Positions 20,392 to 28,626 of a DNA stretch of 64,000 nt are shown here, in pieces. The notes beneath the pieces are model-generated. The model was not told where the DNA came from, did no database searches, and was given only the letters and a program-made list of their open reading frames with translations. Positions within the stretch are counted from its first letter, which is position 1, and every line of letters starts with the position of its first letter. Source of the DNA: Myxococcota bacterium (GTDB taxonomy: Bacteria; Myxococcota_A; UBA9160; UBA4427); the NCBI GenBank assembly GCA_036336835.1, contig JAYZFK010000062.1, positions 128,001 through 192,000 on the forward strand, written 5' to 3'. Both the position numbers and the translations under genes were made by a program.

Positions 20392-20420
20392 AATATAGGA
20401 GGCACGCAACGCGGTGTCTA
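20392..20420 (-). promoter_or_regulatory. Sigma-70-type promoter of rplC-rlmE
   Basis: Minus strand TAGACA-N17-TATATT; each hexamer is one mismatch from TTGACA/TATAAT. Confidence 0.75.
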
Positions 20421-20443
20421 GCCCAAGTGGCTGGCGGCCGGGA

Positions 20444-21556
20444 TCAGATGTCGATCCCGTAGAGCTCGGCGGTGTTCTGGTACAGGATCCGCGACCGCTG
20501 CTCGGCGCTCAGATGCCGGGTGTGCTCGGCAAGCATCTGCTGGGAGCGGGGCCAGGTCGCGTCGCTGTGCGGGAAATCGTTTGCCCACAGCAGCCGCTCG
20601 TGGTTGACCATGTCAGCCATCTTGAACACGACCCAGTCGTCCTGGAACGTGGTGTAGATGTTCTCTCGGAAGTACTCACTCGGGAGCTTGTGCAACTCGG
20701 CCCCAGGCTTCAGCCAGTTGCGGTGGCGGTCGAAGGCGTGATCAGCGCGGTACATGTAGTGAGGCACCCAACCGGCATCCGCCTCGGCACACACGATGCG
20801 CAGCTCTGGGTGGCGCTCGAATACGCCGCCGAAGATCATCGTGCCGATGATGTCCTGGTTGCCGCGGATGACCGCCAGGAAGCCGTTGATCTTCGGTCCA
20901 CGAACGCCGCCTGCGAGCGCCTTGCCATCGCTGCCGGTCAGGATGTGGAACGACAATGGCAAGCCGAGGTCGATCGAGGCGCGGTAGAAATCGTCGTAAG
21001 CAGGGTGGTCGTAGTCCTCGACAGCCGGTACGCCCGGCATCATCACGCCACGCAGGCCGAGCGCCTTGATCTGCTCGAGCTCCTCGATGCCCTCCTCGGG
21101 CGTGCGCATCGTCGTCTGGCCGAGACCGATCAGTCGCTCGGGCGCAAACGCGCAGTACTCGGCGATCCACAGGTTGTAGGCGTCGAAGCAGGCCTTCTTG
21201 TAGTCGAAGTCGGGGTGGTTGCACAGCAGCATCCCCGTCGACGGGTAGATTACCTCGGCGACGACACCGTCCTCGTCCTGCTCGGCGAGCCGGTAGCGCG
21301 GGTCGTGACCGCCCTTGTGCAGATCCTCGAAGCGACGCGGATTGTCCATTCTAATCTCGTCGGCGGACAGGCCGGCCGCGGCGACCAGGTTGTAGGGCAC
21401 CAGGGATTTGCCGTTGTCGATGACCATGACGTCGCCCATCGTCTCGTTGAAGTCGATGAATGGGGCGCGGCTGCGGAACTTCGGATCGATCCGGTCCTTG
21501 TACGTCCCGGGAGGCTCGACGACATGGGAGTCGGCGGAGATACAGGGGATGGTCAT
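20444..21556 (-). CDS. Amidohydrolase_2 family protein
   Basis: ISADSHVVEP, AYNLWIAEYC, LSFHI, FERHPELR..AEADAGW, WANDFPHSD. Confidence 0.9.
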   Translation of the reverse strand: MTIPCISADSHVVEPPGTYKDRIDPKFRSRAPFIDFNETMGDVMVIDNGKSLVPYNLVAAAGLSADEIRMDNPRRFEDLHKGGHDPRYRLAEQDEDGVVAEVIYPSTGMLLCNHPDFDYKKACFDAYNLWIAEYCAFAPERLIGLGQTTMRTPEEGIEELEQIKALGLRGVMMPGVPAVEDYDHPAYDDFYRASIDLGLPLSFHILTGSDGKALAGGVRGPKINGFLAVIRGNQDIIGTMIFGGVFERHPELRIVCAEADAGWVPHYMYRADHAFDRHRNWLKPGAELHKLPSEYFRENIYTTFQDDWVVFKMADMVNHERLLWANDFPHSDATWPRSQQMLAEHTRHLSAEQRSRILYQNTAELYGIDI

Positions 21557-21615
21557 GCGTGTAGCTCCCGGCTGAGCGGAGGGAGGCGCATGGTACCAGC
21601 TCGAGGGGCCCCCCG

Positions 21616-23265
21616 TTGAGCGCACTGGCGCCGCTTCGCCCGGCGCTCGTGCTCGCCCTTGACGGTGCGACCTTCTCGGTGATCGAACCGCTGGTCGCCG
21701 CGGGCCGCCTGCCCAATCTCGCGCGCGCAATGCGCGAGGGAACGCACGCGCCCCTGCCGAGCGTCGTACCGCCAGTCACGTTCCCCGCCTGGTCGTCGTT
21801 CATGACTGGCCTCGGTCCGGGCGAGCACGGAGTCTTCGACTTCACGCAGAAGCTGCCGGGCCGCTACCGGATCCGTTTCGCCAACGCCAGCGACCGCACG
21901 GGACGCTCGCTGTTCGCGCGGGTGTGCGATGCGGGCGGACGCGTGCTCGTGCTCGGAATGCCCGCGGCGTTCCCGCCGGAGCCGTTGGATGGCCTGCTCG
22001 TATGCGGCTTCGACGCGCCGGTCTCGAGCGGGACCGACGCGCGCAGCGCCAGCGACCCCGCGCTCTACGAGCGGATCGCGGCAAGGGCGGGCCCGTGGAT
22101 GCGGCCCGATCTCGACGAGAGCGCACGCGACCCGGGCTTCCACGAACGTGCCGTCGGCACGCTGCTCGCGCGCATCGAGCGCAAGGAGCGCTTCGCCCTC
22201 GAGGCGCTTCGCGGGCTCGCCGCACAGGGAGGGCGACCCGACCTGGCGATGATCGTGTTCTCGGAGAGCGACACCGTCGGGCACCACTACTGGCGCGATC
22301 ACGACCCCGCGTCGCCGCGTCACGACCCGGCCGCGAGCGCGACGCGGCGGGGAGCGATCGCGGCGGTCTACCAGCGGCTCGACCTCGCGTGCGGGCGGCT
22401 GCGCGATGCGTTCGGCGAGGAGGCGGCCTGCTTCGTGCTCTCGGACCATGGGATGGGAGGTGCCGCGAACACGGTCGTGCATCTGAACAGGCGACTCGAG
22501 GAGGCGGGACTGCTGGTGCGCCGGCGGGCCGGCGGTGTCGACGCTATCACCAGGCGCGTGCGGGACGCGGCGCTGCGCTGGCTTCCGGCGACGGTTGCGC
22601 AGCAGCTGTTTCGTCGCGCGCGCGGCGCCGCCGCGCGAGTCGAGAGCGCGGTACGCATGGGCGGCTTCGACTGGCGGCAAACTCGCGCCTGGTCGGAGGA
22701 AGCCAACACCAATCCCGGCGTCTGGATCAACTTGCGAGGGCGCGAGGCGCGAGGCTGCGTGGCGCCAGAAGCTTACGAAGCGACGCGGGACGCCGTGATC
22801 GATGCGCTCGAGAGCTGGCGACTTCCGGGGGGCACCGCTCCGGTGGTCGCACGCGCCCGCCGACGCGAAGAGCTGTACTCGGGGCCGTTCGTGGAGCGAG
22901 CGCCCGACGTCGCAGTCGAGCTCGCACTGCACGAGGGCTACGGACTGTCGCTCGTCCCGACCCCGTGGGCCGACACACCCGTATCGACGCGCACGCTACG
23001 GCCCGAAGAACGGGGGGGCGGGCGCGGGCGCGGCATGAACGGCACCCACCGGCGAGACGGCGTCTGGATCGACGCGCGCGGCGATCTGCCGCAGCCGCCG
23101 GCCGGGCTGGCCGCAGCGGCGCCGGCGATCGCCCGGGTCATGGGAGTCCCGTGGGCCGCCGTGACCGCGGGCGATGGCGACGGCAGCGCAGTGCAGCGAG
23201 ACTACAGCGCCGAGGAGGACGCCATCGTGGCAGAGCGCCTGCGGGCCCTGGGATACCTCGAATGA
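21616..23265 (+). CDS. Alkaline-phosphatase superfamily (type I phosphodiesterase / nucleotide pyrophosphatase-like) protein
   Basis: LDGAT, PPVTFPAWSSFMTG, DTVGHH, SDHG, GTHRRDG, C-terminal RLRALGYLE. Confidence 0.85.
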   Translation: MSALAPLRPALVLALDGATFSVIEPLVAAGRLPNLARAMREGTHAPLPSVVPPVTFPAWSSFMTGLGPGEHGVFDFTQKLPGRYRIRFANASDRTGRSLFARVCDAGGRVLVLGMPAAFPPEPLDGLLVCGFDAPVSSGTDARSASDPALYERIAARAGPWMRPDLDESARDPGFHERAVGTLLARIERKERFALEALRGLAAQGGRPDLAMIVFSESDTVGHHYWRDHDPASPRHDPAASATRRGAIAAVYQRLDLACGRLRDAFGEEAACFVLSDHGMGGAANTVVHLNRRLEEAGLLVRRRAGGVDAITRRVRDAALRWLPATVAQQLFRRARGAAARVESAVRMGGFDWRQTRAWSEEANTNPGVWINLRGREARGCVAPEAYEATRDAVIDALESWRLPGGTAPVVARARRREELYSGPFVERAPDVAVELALHEGYGLSLVPTPWADTPVSTRTLRPEERGGGRGRGMNGTHRRDGVWIDARGDLPQPPAGLAAAAPAIARVMGVPWAAVTAGDGDGSAVQRDYSAEEDAIVAERLRALGYLE

Positions 23266-24044
23266 CAGCACCGATTGCGCGCAGCCAGCTACCCGAGCCC
23301 GGACCGCGTCCACAGCTGTCGCTGGTGTTCCCGGTCTGCGACGAGGTCGACAACCTCGACGTGCTGGTCGAGAACACGGTCGACATCGCGACCCGGCTGT
23401 GTCGGGACTTCGAGATCGTGCTCGTCGATGACGGGTCGCGAGACGGAAGCAGCGAACGAATCGACGCGCTGTGCGCGCGCGACGCGCGCGTTCATTCGTT
23501 GCGACACGCGAGCAACCGTGGCTACGGGGCGGCCCTTCGCTCCGGCCTCGGGTTCGCTCGCGGACAACTCGTATTCTTCAGCGACGCCGACTTGCAATTC
23601 GATCTGGCCGAGCTCGAGAAGCTCCTGAATCACACGGACCGCTTCGACATCGTGGCCGGCTACCGCAGCCCGCGCCGCGATCCGTGGCCGCGGACACTGA
23701 TTGCTTTCGGCTGGGGGGTGCTGGTGCGCGTGCTGTTCGGCCTGCGCGTGCGCGACATCGACTGTGCCTTCAAGGTGTTCCACCGACGAGTACTCGAGGC
23801 GATACCCATCGCCTCGCTGGGCGCATTCGTAAACACCGAGATCCTGGCCCGCGCGCTGGCGGCTGGCTATCGCATTCACCAGGTTCCGGTGACGCATCGT
23901 CGGCGTCGATTCGGCACGCAGAGCGGAGCGCGTCCGCGCGTGATCCTGCACGCGGTCCGCGAACTGTGGACGTTGTTCCGCGAGCTGCGGATCGCGCGCT
24001 CGCGCGCGCGCGATCCGGCCGAACGCCGATGCGCATCCTCCTGA
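23262..24044 (+). CDS. GT2 glycosyltransferase (polyprenol-phosphate glycosyltransferase-like)
   Basis: SLVFPVCDE, VDDGSRDGS, NRGYGAA, DADLQ, DIDCAFK; ATGA overlap with the upstream gene. Confidence 0.9.
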   Translation: MTAPIARSQLPEPGPRPQLSLVFPVCDEVDNLDVLVENTVDIATRLCRDFEIVLVDDGSRDGSSERIDALCARDARVHSLRHASNRGYGAALRSGLGFARGQLVFFSDADLQFDLAELEKLLNHTDRFDIVAGYRSPRRDPWPRTLIAFGWGVLVRVLFGLRVRDIDCAFKVFHRRVLEAIPIASLGAFVNTEILARALAAGYRIHQVPVTHRRRRFGTQSGARPRVILHAVRELWTLFRELRIARSRARDPAERRCASS

Positions 24045-25186
24045 TCGGAGCGTTTCCCTTCCCCTATCCGCAGGGATCGCAGGTGTTCGCGGCCGGACAG
24101 GCCGCGGCACTCGCGCGATCCGGAGTACAGGTCGCGCTGGCGAGCTACGGAGCGGGGGAGGGCGTACTGCCGGACGGTATCGATTGGATCCCATCGTCGC
24201 GCCGGTTCGCCCCCTCGCACCGCCGCTCCGGTCCTTCGCTCGGAAAGCCGCTGGCCGACGCGGCGCTGGTCGCAACCGTCGTAGGCGCGCAGCGCCGCCG
24301 GCGCTTCGATCTCGCACTCGCGCACAACGCGGAAGCCGCGCTCGTCGCCGCATCGGCTCGGCGTCTGACGGGGCTTCGTTATGTGTACGTCGCGCACACG
24401 CTGCTGGAACGAGAGCTATCGGCGTATGCGGCGCAACGACATCGCGCTCGCCTCGATCGACTGGGCAGCCGAATCGATCGCTGGGTCGCGGGCAGCGCCG
24501 ATGCGGTGATCACCTTGAGCCGGGCGGCAGAGAAAGCGCTCACGCCGTACGCACGAGGGCCCGTCGCGCACATCCCGCCTGGCCTCGAGCGGAGCGAACC
24601 ACCGAGCGAGTCGCGGCGGCGCGACGCCTGCCGTGCGCACGGACTCGAACCCGGCGGTTTCTTCCTCTACACCGGCAACCTCGACGGCTACCAGGAGCTC
24701 GACCGGCTTGCGTCCGCCGCCGCGTGTCTGGCCGAGGGCGCCCCGCCCGTGGTCGTGGCGACCCACGACGCGAGGGATGCGTCGAGCTTTCCTGGGCTGC
24801 GCGTCTTCGAGACCGACTTCGCGTCCGCCCGCGCACTCGCTTTCGAGGCCGCCGCCCTCGTCCTCACCCGCAGCCGGACGGGGGGCTTCCCGATCAAGCT
24901 GCTCAACTACATGGAGACGGGCCGACCGATCGTGGCCTTCGACGAAATCGCCGAAGGCCTGACCGACGACCGGACCGCCTGCCTGCTGCTGGCCGACGCG
25001 GGACCCGAATCCATCGCACGCGCCCTGTGCGATCTTGCTGACGATCGCGAACGTGCCGGCCGAATCGGTGCCGCCGCGCTCGCCCACCTTCGAACGGCCC
25101 ACGACTGGACCCACCTCGCGGACCGAACCCTCGGGGTCCTTGGCGGGCTCGCTCGGGGGTCGGAGGCCGGTGGCGGTCCCGGGTAG
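24029..25186 (+). CDS. GT4 glycosyltransferase
   Basis: MRILLIG, YTGNLDGYQ, GFPIKLLNYMETGRPIVA, HDW. Confidence 0.85.
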   Translation: MRILLIGAFPFPYPQGSQVFAAGQAAALARSGVQVALASYGAGEGVLPDGIDWIPSSRRFAPSHRRSGPSLGKPLADAALVATVVGAQRRRRFDLALAHNAEAALVAASARRLTGLRYVYVAHTLLERELSAYAAQRHRARLDRLGSRIDRWVAGSADAVITLSRAAEKALTPYARGPVAHIPPGLERSEPPSESRRRDACRAHGLEPGGFFLYTGNLDGYQELDRLASAAACLAEGAPPVVVATHDARDASSFPGLRVFETDFASARALAFEAAALVLTRSRTGGFPIKLLNYMETGRPIVAFDEIAEGLTDDRTACLLLADAGPESIARALCDLADDRERAGRIGAAALAHLRTAHDWTHLADRTLGVLGGLARGSEAGGGPG

Positions 25187-25234
25187 GCAACCGACGCGGT
25201 TGGCGTGGCCCCCCGTCGCCCCGGATCGACCGAT

Positions 25235-26515
25235 TCATTCGACTCCAACCCGGAAGTAGTCTTGGTAGCGGCGAAGAGCCGCTCGTTCGCTGATGGGGTC
25301 GAGGGCGAGGTCGCCGAAGCTGTACTCGTGCTCGCCGTGCTCACCCTCGGGTCTGCTGGCGAGTTGCTCGCTCAGCCTGGCCTCGAACCCGTCCGTGAAG
25401 GAACGCTCGAAGCGGTCGTAGAGCTCACGGACGACGGCGATCGGATCGCTCAGGAAGTCGGCGTGGCAGCTGTGGTGAAGCTGCGGCTCGGGGAGCTGCT
25501 TCTCCTGCGTCCAGGTCACGAGGTTGTCGAACGTCCGGCGATACCTCTGCGCGTGTGCGGCACCGATCGCTTCGAAATCGACTGCGTCACTGTGCGCCCA
25601 GCGAAGCGTTGCAATCAAGCTGGTGAGCGATGCCAGGACCGTCAGCGGGTCGCGGTGCGTCACCGCCACTCGCGCGTCTGGGTAGACCTGGAACAGGGTG
25701 GGCAGCGAGTGCAGATGCACCGGTGACTTCAGCACCCAGGCTGCAGGGCCCGAGCGTCGTTGCAGGATCTGGAGCACGAGTCGGTGCATCCGATAGGCGG
25801 GCGTCATGTCACACTGCTCGAGCCACGCCTGATAGCTCGGCACTCGGTAGCGCGCCGTGAACTCCTCGGACAGGAAGGCGAACGACATCGCCGAAAGGCA
25901 CTCCTTGGGCTTGCTGCCGCCGTAGACATGGATGGCGAGCAGTCCAGAGACCACCGTCTGCGGCGCCACGAGCTCGCGGTCGGCCAGCCCGACGCGCGGA
26001 TCCGTTGCCGCGCGCTTCGGATCCGCATCGGGCGGCGGCAGCGGGCGCAGCAACTCCCAGCCGAGCGGCGCGCGATGGGCGGGGTCGCTCGCCAGTAGCT
26101 CGTGCAGGATAGTCGTGCCGGTGCGCGGCGCTCCCGCGACGAAGAGCGGCGTCGCGATCGGCTCGTCGCGCACGCCCGGATCGGCGCGCAGATACGCGAC
26201 CAGCTGCAACCTCACCTCGAGCAGGCGCAGCAGGAAGCGCCGCGTGAGCCAGCGACCGATCAGCGTGAGCTCGGCTTCCTCTTCGAGCGCCCAGAGCACG
26301 CGGTCGAGCGGCTCGATCAGGCCGTCCTCGTCGAACTCGGCGTGACAGAAATCGCCGACGCCCCCATCGACGAGACCGAGCCGCGCGCGCGCTTCGCCGA
26401 GCAACGCGTCGCGCTCGAGCGGCAACACTGCTTCCTCGCGAATGGGTGCGACCGCGCCCGCGTTGATCGCCCGCACCCACTCAGGCCGCTCCGGCGGCTG
26501 CCAACTCACGCGCAA
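25235..26515 (-). CDS. PAPS-dependent sulfotransferase
   Basis: 5'-PSB loop GAPRTGTT, WVLKSPVH, THRDP...S. Confidence 0.88.
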   Translation of the reverse strand: MRVSWQPPERPEWVRAINAGAVAPIREEAVLPLERDALLGEARARLGLVDGGVGDFCHAEFDEDGLIEPLDRVLWALEEEAELTLIGRWLTRRFLLRLLEVRLQLVAYLRADPGVRDEPIATPLFVAGAPRTGTTILHELLASDPAHRAPLGWELLRPLPPPDADPKRAATDPRVGLADRELVAPQTVVSGLLAIHVYGGSKPKECLSAMSFAFLSEEFTARYRVPSYQAWLEQCDMTPAYRMHRLVLQILQRRSGPAAWVLKSPVHLHSLPTLFQVYPDARVAVTHRDPLTVLASLTSLIATLRWAHSDAVDFEAIGAAHAQRYRRTFDNLVTWTQEKQLPEPQLHHSCHADFLSDPIAVVRELYDRFERSFTDGFEARLSEQLASRPEGEHGEHEYSFGDLALDPISERAALRRYQDYFRVGVE

Positions 26516-26525
26516 TCCGTCGGAC

Positions 26526-27695
26526 TCAGGTGCGAAAGCGCCAAGCCAGGTGCTCCTTGCGGGCGCGGATGTCGCGGCGCCGCTCCGCTGCGTCCACCTT
26601 CGGCGTGTCGGCTGGCAGCGCCGCGATCACATGTTCGAGCTTCAACACGCGGGTCTCGGGGCTGGGATCGGCATTGGGCCAGAACCAGCGCAGCGTGAGC
26701 AGGCCGTCGCGCCGACCGCCGGTGTCGAGCCAGTTGGGCACATGGGGATCCTCGTGCGCCAGGACGAGGCGCAACCGGCGGTCGGTCGAGAGTCGAGCCT
26801 GGTGCTGATTGATCGACGTGATGCGGTGCACAGGATCGACCTGCTCGAACCAGCCCAACGTCGCGAGCTGCAGATTCCAGTAGCGCGCATCGGGAACGTC
26901 CGTGTCGATCAGCAGCGCATCGTCGGGCGCGAGATCCCAGAAGCAGAACGCATAACGCGCGACGCCCAGCCCCTTGGCCACCTTCATCGGCAGTGCGAAC
27001 CGGTTGTCCTCTCCCTTTGCGCGGTGCTCGCGCATGTAATCGTTCCAGAAGACGATCGAGCGCTCGATTTGGTGGATCGCCAGGTCGAGCTGCGCCTCGA
27101 GACCCGGCGTCGCCGGGCGCGGCGGTGCCGACACGTCGTCGAGACACTCGATGGTGAAGACCGCAGGCTCCTCGGGCTTCCAGTCGAGGTAGTACTCACG
27201 CAGCGAGACCGTCGTCACGTCCTCCGCGATCGCGATCCAGTCGGGATCGCTGCCATCGCCGCCGAGCAGCAGTTCGAATGAGTCGCCGCGACCGATCCCG
27301 CGCTCGGAGGCTGTGACCGTCGCCTTCGTGCCCCACTCCTCCATGTGCATGAAGCCCACCCGCAGAGTCAGCACGAACTCTTCGCAGCTGTGCATCTGGC
27401 CACGGATGCGATAGCGGCGCGCGGGGTCGATGCGCGCGTGGTGATAGGCGTTGTCCTGGTTGGGCCCGCCCCACTGGGTCACGAGGTCGTTCGAGCGGTG
27501 GAAGAACGGGGCCGTCGTGTCGCCGTGTCCGATTGCCCAGCCGAGCCAACACGACAGCTGGTCGGCCAGGTGCGCGATGGCCTCGGGCCGATCGCTCGGC
27601 GTGTTCGGAAACTCGTGGCTCAGCACGCGCTCACCGAGCGTCCGGATCCGGTCGCAGAAGTCGTACCAGGCTGCCAGTTCGGGGGGCGCGGCCAC
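26526..27695 (-). CDS. DUF1214-domain protein
   Basis: WGGPNQDNAY, LREYYLDW, SINQHQA, DPHVPNWLDTGG...LRW. Confidence 0.75.
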   Translation of the reverse strand: MAAPPELAAWYDFCDRIRTLGERVLSHEFPNTPSDRPEAIAHLADQLSCWLGWAIGHGDTTAPFFHRSNDLVTQWGGPNQDNAYHHARIDPARRYRIRGQMHSCEEFVLTLRVGFMHMEEWGTKATVTASERGIGRGDSFELLLGGDGSDPDWIAIAEDVTTVSLREYYLDWKPEEPAVFTIECLDDVSAPPRPATPGLEAQLDLAIHQIERSIVFWNDYMREHRAKGEDNRFALPMKVAKGLGVARYAFCFWDLAPDDALLIDTDVPDARYWNLQLATLGWFEQVDPVHRITSINQHQARLSTDRRLRLVLAHEDPHVPNWLDTGGRRDGLLTLRWFWPNADPSPETRVLKLEHVIAALPADTPKVDAAERRRDIRARKEHLAWRFRT

Positions 27696-27696
27696 G

Positions 27697-28470
27697 TCAG
27701 GCTCTCATGATGCCGCCGCCATCGACCATCAGGGTCTGGCCCGTGATGTACCGGCTGGCGTCCGAGATCAGGAACGCGACGGCGGGGGCGATATCGGCTT
27801 CCGGGTCTCCATCGCGGCCGAGGGGATGATCGTCGTACATCGCAGCAAAGGCTGCCGCGCGAGAGCCGCCGTCGTCCGGCCGCATGCGGTGGGCCACCGA
27901 TGCGGGGCAGACGCAGTTGACGGTGATGCCGTCGCGACCCCATTCGCGCGCAGCCGTTCGTGTCAGCGAACGGACGGCCTCCTTGGCCGCAGCATAGGGG
28001 CCGTAGCCGGGCGGACCGGTGTTTCCCATCGCAGAGCCGAGGGTGACGATGCGGCCGCGACCGCGCGCCTTCATGTGTGGGAGCACCGCCTGCATCAGCC
28101 ACAAGGTGCCCTTCGGCCCGGTCTCGAGCACCAGGTCGAAGTCCGCCTCCGAGACATCCGCCAGCGGGGTCACCGGCCGGAAGGACTGCGCGTTCGCGAC
28201 GAGCGCGTCGATCTTTCCGAACTGCTCGCCGGCTCGTTCCACGACCGCCCGGCTCGAGTCCGCGTCGGCGTGGTCCGCCTGCAGGGTCAGATGCGCCACG
28301 CCCTGCTCGGTGAGCTCGCTCGCCAGCCTCTCGAGCCGCTCGGGCTTGCGGCCGGTGACCACGAGCTGTGCCCCCGCTCGCGCCAGGTAGCGGACGATGC
28401 CGAGGCCGATCCCGCGCGTGCCGCCGGTCACGATCACGCTGTGACCGGAGAGATCCGTCGCATCCGTCAT
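27697..28470 (-). CDS. SDR family oxidoreductase
   Basis: TGGTRGIG, YAAAK, GITVNCVCP, YITGQTLMVDGG. Confidence 0.92.
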   Translation of the reverse strand: MTDATDLSGHSVIVTGGTRGIGLGIVRYLARAGAQLVVTGRKPERLERLASELTEQGVAHLTLQADHADADSSRAVVERAGEQFGKIDALVANAQSFRPVTPLADVSEADFDLVLETGPKGTLWLMQAVLPHMKARGRGRIVTLGSAMGNTGPPGYGPYAAAKEAVRSLTRTAAREWGRDGITVNCVCPASVAHRMRPDDGGSRAAAFAAMYDDHPLGRDGDPEADIAPAVAFLISDASRYITGQTLMVDGGGIMRA

Positions 28471-28561
28471 GGGCGCAGTCTAACCGTTCGAGAAAAAACC
28501 TGGAAAACCATGGGGTTATGTACAGACCAGAATCTCAAGAATCTCCTCTTGGGAGAACCAC

Positions 28562-28575
28562 ATTACCATTGTAAT
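28562..28575. promoter_or_regulatory. Palindrome resembling a CopY/BlaI-type box upstream of the multicopper oxidase
   Basis: ATTAC-CATT-GTAAT; the core TACCATTGTA is one mismatch from TACAnnTGTA. Confidence 0.4.
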
Positions 28576-28626
28576 TGTTATACCGTCGAGTCGGGAGATG
28601 GGAGAGAACCAATAACGAGGAGACCC

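Noticed and set aside
27451..28626. N-terminal 390 residues of the 1036-aa ORF suggesting a giant MCO fusion
   Set aside because: Antisense to the SDR gene; the real start is ATG 28627 with an RBS and Tat signal.
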